Assembly: GCA_964444385.1 (NCBI GenBank)
Contig: CAYUHD010000002.1
Span: 1-59,608, forward strand
Direction: 5' to 3'
DNA length: 59,608 nucleotides
Source: an uncultured Gammaproteobacteria bacterium
GTDB taxonomy: Bacteria; Pseudomonadota; Gammaproteobacteria; Magnimaribacterales; D2472
Shown here piece by piece: positions 54,616 to 59,608 of the stretch; the first letter of the stretch is position 1, and the number at the start of each line of letters is the position of its first letter. Made by a program: the position numbers and the translations under genes. A model generated the notes under the pieces. That model saw only the letters and a program-made list of their open reading frames with translations, searched no databases and was not told the origin of the DNA.

Positions 54616-55485
54616 TCAGTTTTTTCTTTCAACCATGAACCTAGCCAAGTCTAGTAAGTTTTTTGCTTCACTCCCACTAAAGGAATCCTGTAATTTAGAA
54701 ATACATGCATTTGATAAGATTTGAGCTTTATCGATTGATATTTGTTTACCATAGACACTTACATAAGTCAGTTTCTGATTTACCAAGTCTGATTGATTGC
54801 TTTTTCCTAAAGTATTTGTATCTGAAGATGCCTCCAAAACATCATCCATGATTTGGAAAGCAAGACCAAGCTTTTCGCCAACCCCATCTAATACCAATAG
54901 TGCATTTTTTTGTTTTTCTACACCTAAATGAGGCATAGTCATAGCAACTTGAATGAGCTTTCCAGTTTTCAGTTCATGAATCTGTTGGATATCATTATAT
55001 TCATTATTTTCAGCATCTAAATCGTACTGTTGACCCAAGATCATACCCTTATGTCCGCATGCACAGGTCAAAGCTTTTATAGATGCCATTTTTTGTACTT
55101 CAGTTATTTCACGCGATGAAACAATAGTCTCATAAGCCAAAGCATGTAATGCATCACCAGTCAAAATAGCTGTTGCTTCATTGAATTTCACATGATTAGA
55201 AGCTTGTCCTCTTCTCATATCATCATCATCCATTGACGGTAAATCATCGTGAATTAAAGAGTATGTATGCATTAGCTCAACACTAGTAGCCATATCAATT
55301 AATGCAGAATCAGACAAATTTTTATTTAAATTTCCCGAAGCAAAAATTAATCCAGCTCTAATGAATTTACTATTAGCTAAAGCTGAATATCTCATGGAGG
55401 ACACAATTTTATTAGTCTCAGGAAGGAGTGCATTTATTCGCTTTAGTACCTTCTCCTTACATTCAGATAGAAAGCTTAAAGACAT
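54616..55485 (-). CDS. ispA: Farnesyl diphosphate synthase
   Basis: 289 aa. First and second Asp-rich motifs: IHDDLPSMDDDDMRRG and QIMDDVLE. Confidence 0.9.
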   Translation of the reverse strand: MSLSFLSECKEKVLKRINALLPETNKIVSSMRYSALANSKFIRAGLIFASGNLNKNLSDSALIDMATSVELMHTYSLIHDDLPSMDDDDMRRGQASNHVKFNEATAILTGDALHALAYETIVSSREITEVQKMASIKALTCACGHKGMILGQQYDLDAENNEYNDIQQIHELKTGKLIQVAMTMPHLGVEKQKNALLVLDGVGEKLGLAFQIMDDVLEASSDTNTLGKSNQSDLVNQKLTYVSVYGKQISIDKAQILSNACISKLQDSFSGSEAKNLLDLARFMVERKN

Positions 55486-55495
55486 GGGCTTAATC

Positions 55496-55714
55496 TTAGC
55501 TATCCAGGTCTACAGTATCGCCACTATCTAAAAGTTTTTTTACCTTTAGTTCAGCTGCAGAGAGCTGTTTTTGACATTCTTTTACAAGCCCTATACCTTC
55601 TTCAAAAGATTTCACACTATCTTCTAAGCTGATATCACCATCTTCAAGCTTGGTAACAATTTGCTCAAGTTTTTTAAGAGATGTTTCAAAATTTACTGTG
55701 TCTTTTTTTGTCAT
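55496..55714 (-). CDS. xseB: Exodeoxyribonuclease VII small subunit
   Basis: 72 aa. FETSLKKLEQIVTKLEDGDISLEDS pattern, and the conserved xseB-ispA-dxs order. Confidence 0.85.
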   Translation of the reverse strand: MTKKDTVNFETSLKKLEQIVTKLEDGDISLEDSVKSFEEGIGLVKECQKQLSAAELKVKKLLDSGDTVDLDS

Positions 55715-55748
55715 GACTTATTGTAACTTATGATTTTTTATTAACCAC

Positions 55749-58700
55749 TCAGCTTGAGGATTTTAAGAACTCAAATCTATTTCCTATCCAAGATTTAATT
55801 CTTGATGGGAGTATGAGGGCAGCTGGGGTAAAAATTAGAGTTAGAATCGTACTAAAGCCTAAACCAAAAACAATAGAGGAGGCTAAATTTTGCCACCAAC
55901 TAACTACACGACTTCCAACCATAATTTCTCTATCCAATACATCAATACTTAGACCTATTGCTAAAGGCATTAATCCAAAGATAGTTGTTGCTGTCGTAAG
56001 CAAAATAGGACGCAACCTTTGCTTACAAGTTTTAATGATGACATCTTCTCTTGTTAAATTTGGAAATTCCCCTTTTAGCCTATTGAATGTATCAATTAAT
56101 ACGATATTGTTATTAACCACTATCCCAGACAGAGCAACCACTGCAATACCTGTCATGGTAGTGCTAAATGGCTCACCTCTAATTAACAGACCAATTAATA
56201 CCCCAACTACTGACATAAAGACAGCACTTAAAACAAGCGAGGATTGATAAAAGCTATTAAATTGAGTTACCAGCAAGATTAACATTAACGCAAGGGCAGT
56301 TATGGCTGCAATAGTTAAGAATTCAATAACCTCCTCAGTTTCTTCTTGTTGGCCTCTAAATTTAGTTGTAATTCCTGTTCCAAAATCCTGCTCAGAAAGC
56401 CATTGATCCATTTCTTTTACTTTGTCGGCAATATTATACCCACCTGCTGCAGCTTTCTCTTTGTCAATTGCTACACCTATTTCATGGAAGAACTTTCCAT
56501 TTCTTCTCACAACTGATTGGCGATTTTCTACAGGCACTAATTTAATAAAAGTACTAATTGGAATAAGGCCATTAATTGAATTGACTCTTAGATCTTCAAT
56601 TCCGCTCAATGATCTAAGCTGACTACCAAATCTAGCCCTTATCTCAATTTCTTCCTTTGAATCATCAGGTCTATACTCTCCCACTTTAAATCCATTAGTT
56701 AGCATTTGAACAAGTGCACCAATATCACCAATGCTAACCCCAAGCTGAGCAGCTTTTTGTTTGTTAACTTCAACTTTCCACTCAATTAATGGGTAGGGAA
56801 GAGTTGACCTAATATTAACCAAGCCCTCTACATCATTTTGCATATATTTTTCTATTGTATGAGTAACTTTTGCAACTTGATCTTCATTATTGCCAAAAAT
56901 ACCTAGTTCTATAGGTGAAGTAAAAGAGGGCCCTCCTTCTTCTGGGGTTACCTCTACAATAATGCCAGGAATATTAGAAGTTGCTTGTTGAACCAAGCTA
57001 ATGACCTCATTGCCTGTATATGTACGACGTTCTTTAAGTTTTTTACCCTCAGACCCAACTATTTCAAGAAATCCTCTTGCCATTGTGTCTCCACCAGAAT
57101 TAAACCATTGTCTTCCAGTAGTTAAATATAAATTTTCAATGCCTTGAATTTTAGAGATTTTAGATTCTACTTGCTCCATTATCTCTTTTTCTTCTAGTGA
57201 AGAGAAATTACCTCTTGCTCTTATTGATATATCTGCAGCAACAGGGTCTATATCTGCAAAATAAATCGATCCTTTACCAAAATTCCCATACATAGCAAAT
57301 CCAAAGAACCACAGAACCATCAACACAGCAATTATTGTTTCTCCAGGGTTATTAACAAATTTTCTTAACCATGGCCCATAAAAATTTGAGATTTTATCAA
57401 AAATAATTTCTCCAGTTTGCTCATTTTCACCTGATACTAATGTAGATCTTCTTTGTCCAAATATTGACCCAATAACTGGCGTAATAATCATTGCGTAAAC
57501 AAGCGATGCACTAAGTACTATAAAAACAGTTATAGGTAAGTAACGCATAAATTGACCAGTAAATCCCGGCCAAAAAACAAGCGGTGTAAATGCAGCTATC
57601 GTTGTTGCTGTTGATGAGAGTATTGGATAGAACATTCTTTTTGAAGCTAGACGATAGGCTTCTAATCGACCTAACCCTTCTGAGATTTTTCTATCAGCAT
57701 ATTCTGTTACAACTATTGCTCCATCAATAAGCATGCCTAAGCCAAGCAAAAGCCCCATCATGACCAAGAAATTAAATTCTATTTCTGCGACCCTAAGAGT
57801 TATGAATGTTAAGAGAAAACAAAAAGGGATTGAAAGTCCTACCATCAATCCAACCCTAACCCCCATACTTGCAATCACCAGGATCATAACAAGAAAAATT
57901 GCAGTTATAATATTGCCCTCTAGTTCGGAGACCATGACTTCAGCCCATACAGTTTCATCATTAGTTCTAACTATTGAAAGATTTTCAGGTAAAGTTCCCT
58001 CAAACTCTTCTTTAACTTTCATTATTTTAGTTTTAGCATTAATTGCATTTGCACCAACTCTTAGTCTTATTTCGAGCGTTACAGCATCTTCTCCGTTTAC
58101 CTTTGCAAATGAGGAATAATCTTTAAATGTCCTCCTAATTTCTCCTATGTCACTTAAGGTTACGACTGCATCTTGTGTAACCTTTATAGGTATGTTGTAA
58201 ACATCTTCAGCTGTTTCAAAAATACTCGGTACTTCAATATTAAATTTCCCAGATCCTGTATCTTGCGCTCCTCCAGGAATTATTAAATTATTATTTGAGA
58301 TTGCTCTGTACAATTGACTTAGGGTAATTCCGTAAGTTTCCATCTTGGACTTATCTATAATTCCCTCAAGAACTTCTTCAGGAGCGCCCTCAAGATCGGC
58401 AGCAAGAACTTCATTAATTGCCTCAAGTCGATCTTGGAGCTCTCTTGCAATAAATACCTTTTGTCTTAAAGATGCAGATCCAATTAGGCTTAAATTCATA
58501 ACTGGAAACATTGCAAAAGAATACTCTCTTATTTGGGGGTCTTCTGCTTCACGTGGCAGCTTAAACTTAACTTCCTCAACGGCTTGTTTTATATCTCTAA
58601 GCGCAGTATCTATGTCATACCCAACTTCAAATTCTGCAACGATTCTGGCATAGCTTAGACGCGCAGATGATGATAATTCTTTGATACCAGGAACACTTCT

Positions 58701-58916
58701 TAATCTAGTCTCAAGCGGTCTAGCGATTAACCTAGATGCATCTTCTGGAGAAGCCCCACTTAAAAAAACTGAAACACTTACAAGAGGAAGTTGAATATTA
58801 GGATCAGATGCAACACTAATAGTAGATCTTGCATATGCGCCTGCAATTATCACCATCAAGGCTAATGCAAGGGTAGTTTTTGCTTTTGATAAAGCAAAAT
58901 CCACTATTTTTGTCAT
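55749..58916 (-). CDS. RND-family efflux transporter permease (AcrB/HAE-type)
   Basis: 1055 aa. Has the 12-TM, two-large-loop architecture and typical RND N-terminus (IVDFALSKAKTTLALALMVIIAG). 4-nt overlap with the upstream adaptor gene. Confidence 0.9.
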   Translation of the reverse strand: MTKIVDFALSKAKTTLALALMVIIAGAYARSTISVASDPNIQLPLVSVSVFLSGASPEDASRLIARPLETRLRSVPGIKELSSSARLSYARIVAEFEVGYDIDTALRDIKQAVEEVKFKLPREAEDPQIREYSFAMFPVMNLSLIGSASLRQKVFIARELQDRLEAINEVLAADLEGAPEEVLEGIIDKSKMETYGITLSQLYRAISNNNLIIPGGAQDTGSGKFNIEVPSIFETAEDVYNIPIKVTQDAVVTLSDIGEIRRTFKDYSSFAKVNGEDAVTLEIRLRVGANAINAKTKIMKVKEEFEGTLPENLSIVRTNDETVWAEVMVSELEGNIITAIFLVMILVIASMGVRVGLMVGLSIPFCFLLTFITLRVAEIEFNFLVMMGLLLGLGMLIDGAIVVTEYADRKISEGLGRLEAYRLASKRMFYPILSSTATTIAAFTPLVFWPGFTGQFMRYLPITVFIVLSASLVYAMIITPVIGSIFGQRRSTLVSGENEQTGEIIFDKISNFYGPWLRKFVNNPGETIIAVLMVLWFFGFAMYGNFGKGSIYFADIDPVAADISIRARGNFSSLEEKEIMEQVESKISKIQGIENLYLTTGRQWFNSGGDTMARGFLEIVGSEGKKLKERRTYTGNEVISLVQQATSNIPGIIVEVTPEEGGPSFTSPIELGIFGNNEDQVAKVTHTIEKYMQNDVEGLVNIRSTLPYPLIEWKVEVNKQKAAQLGVSIGDIGALVQMLTNGFKVGEYRPDDSKEEIEIRARFGSQLRSLSGIEDLRVNSINGLIPISTFIKLVPVENRQSVVRRNGKFFHEIGVAIDKEKAAAGGYNIADKVKEMDQWLSEQDFGTGITTKFRGQQEETEEVIEFLTIAAITALALMLILLVTQFNSFYQSSLVLSAVFMSVVGVLIGLLIRGEPFSTTMTGIAVVALSGIVVNNNIVLIDTFNRLKGEFPNLTREDVIIKTCKQRLRPILLTTATTIFGLMPLAIGLSIDVLDREIMVGSRVVSWWQNLASSIVFGLGFSTILTLIFTPAALILPSRIKSWIGNRFEFLKSSS

Positions 58917-59608
58917 AACTTAGCCAAGTTTGTAACGGCAACTTCTTGGCCATTTTCAACAAAGCCTTGACCAACCACTATTAAATTACTTAGGTTTGGT
59001 ATTCCAGTTACCCAAATTCCATCATTAGTATCTTCAATAATTTTTATAGGAAGAAATTCTACAATGTTATTATTGTTAACACTTTTTACTCCTATAGTTC
59101 CGTTATCAGATAATAAAAGAATTGAAGGTGAAATTTTGTGAGCAAGAATTTTATTTGTATAAATTTTCATTGTTCCGGTAATGCCATTTCGGATTACCCC
59201 TTTGGAGTTTTCAACTTCTGCTTCTACTCTGAAACTTCTAGTTGCGGGTGTTGCGCTTTTTGAAACAAAACTTAATTTGCTTGTAATTGTCTCACCAGTT
59301 ACTAGTTCAATTAAAACTTTTTGACCCTTGACAATGTTTTTAATTTCAGCCTCAGGGACTTCTGCAACAAAAGTTAAAGGATCTAACTCAATAATAACTG
59401 CACATATTTGTCCTCGATTAAGCAAATTACCTGGTTTTATAATTTTTTCCACATAACCTCTAAAAGGCGCCTTTACTTCAGTTCTATTAAGCTCAACAAC
59501 ACCTAATCTGCAAAGCACTTGATCTTTTTTTACCCAATCCCCTTGTAATACATTGTTTGGCATTACCTCGCCCGATGTTTTGGCCATAACATTAACTCGC
59601 TTTTCAGA
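58913..59608 (-). CDS. RND efflux periplasmic adaptor (membrane fusion protein), C-terminal part; 5' end off the right edge
   Basis: Lipoyl/beta-barrel MFP motifs (…DWVKKDQVLCRL…VKAPFRGYV…). The frame stays open past the listed Met at 59587 to the window edge (SEKRVNV precedes it). Confidence 0.85.
   Translation of the reverse strand, partial: SEKRVNVMAKTSGEVMPNNVLQGDWVKKDQVLCRLGVVELNRTEVKAPFRGYVEKIIKPGNLLNRGQICAVIIELDPLTFVAEVPEAEIKNIVKGQKVLIELVTGETITSKLSFVSKSATPATRSFRVEAEVENSKGVIRNGITGTMKIYTNKILAHKISPSILLLSDNGTIGVKSVNNNNIVEFLPIKIIEDTNDGIWVTGIPNLSNLIVVGQGFVENGQEVAVTNLAKL

Noticed and set aside
55813-58653. Several plus-strand ORFs (55813-56247, 56422-56622, 57733-58119, 58345-58653).
   Set aside because: All lie antisense within the 1055-aa RND permease gene. 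Their Ser/Ile/Thr-rich sequences are typical of reverse-frame translation of TM segments.

Overview
This window is an AT-rich (roughly one-third G+C by eye), almost gapless stretch of chromosome. It looks like a streamlined marine gammaproteobacterium. Gene order resembles Pseudomonas/E. coli core synteny, and a SAR86-like origin is only a guess. About 50 protein genes fill the window. Intergenic gaps are mostly under 150 bp, and six convergent gene pairs touch or overlap at their stop codons.

Core blocks:
- hemE-gltD / gltB / aroB-aroK / mrcA
- slmA-algC, ilvE
- lpxL / waaA-glnB-miaA-hflKC-purA
- nusB-ribH-ribBA-ribD-nrdR-glyA-nth
- thiL-pgpA-ribA / dxs-ispA-xseB
- an RND efflux pair

Accessory-looking blocks:
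1. A TonB-receptor-linked cluster with a carotenoid/stilbene-type oxygenase, an acyl-CoA synthetase and two unusual thiolases (1.1-11.3 kb).
2. A translationally coupled glycosyltransferase-methyltransferase-toroid protein trio, plus a second methyltransferase, beside the lipid A/Kdo genes (25.6-29.2 kb).
3. A tandem acyl-CoA dehydrogenase pair, a 959-aa TonB receptor and a thiolase, lying where nusB and thiL are normally adjacent (43.9-50.8 kb).

I found no rRNA, tRNA, CRISPR array, IS element, intact integrase, prophage or recognisable defence system. I cannot point to a clear-cut novel system of that kind.

The most interesting signals:
- gltB is inverted in place relative to conserved synteny.
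- The adjoining gltD has an open in-frame N-terminal extension that resembles an integrase arm-type DNA-binding domain.
- The oxygenase/thiolase/TonB cluster.
- The uncharacterised envelope-modification cluster.
- The likely heteromeric acyl-CoA dehydrogenase pair.

All functional calls come from motif recognition by eye. No database search was run.
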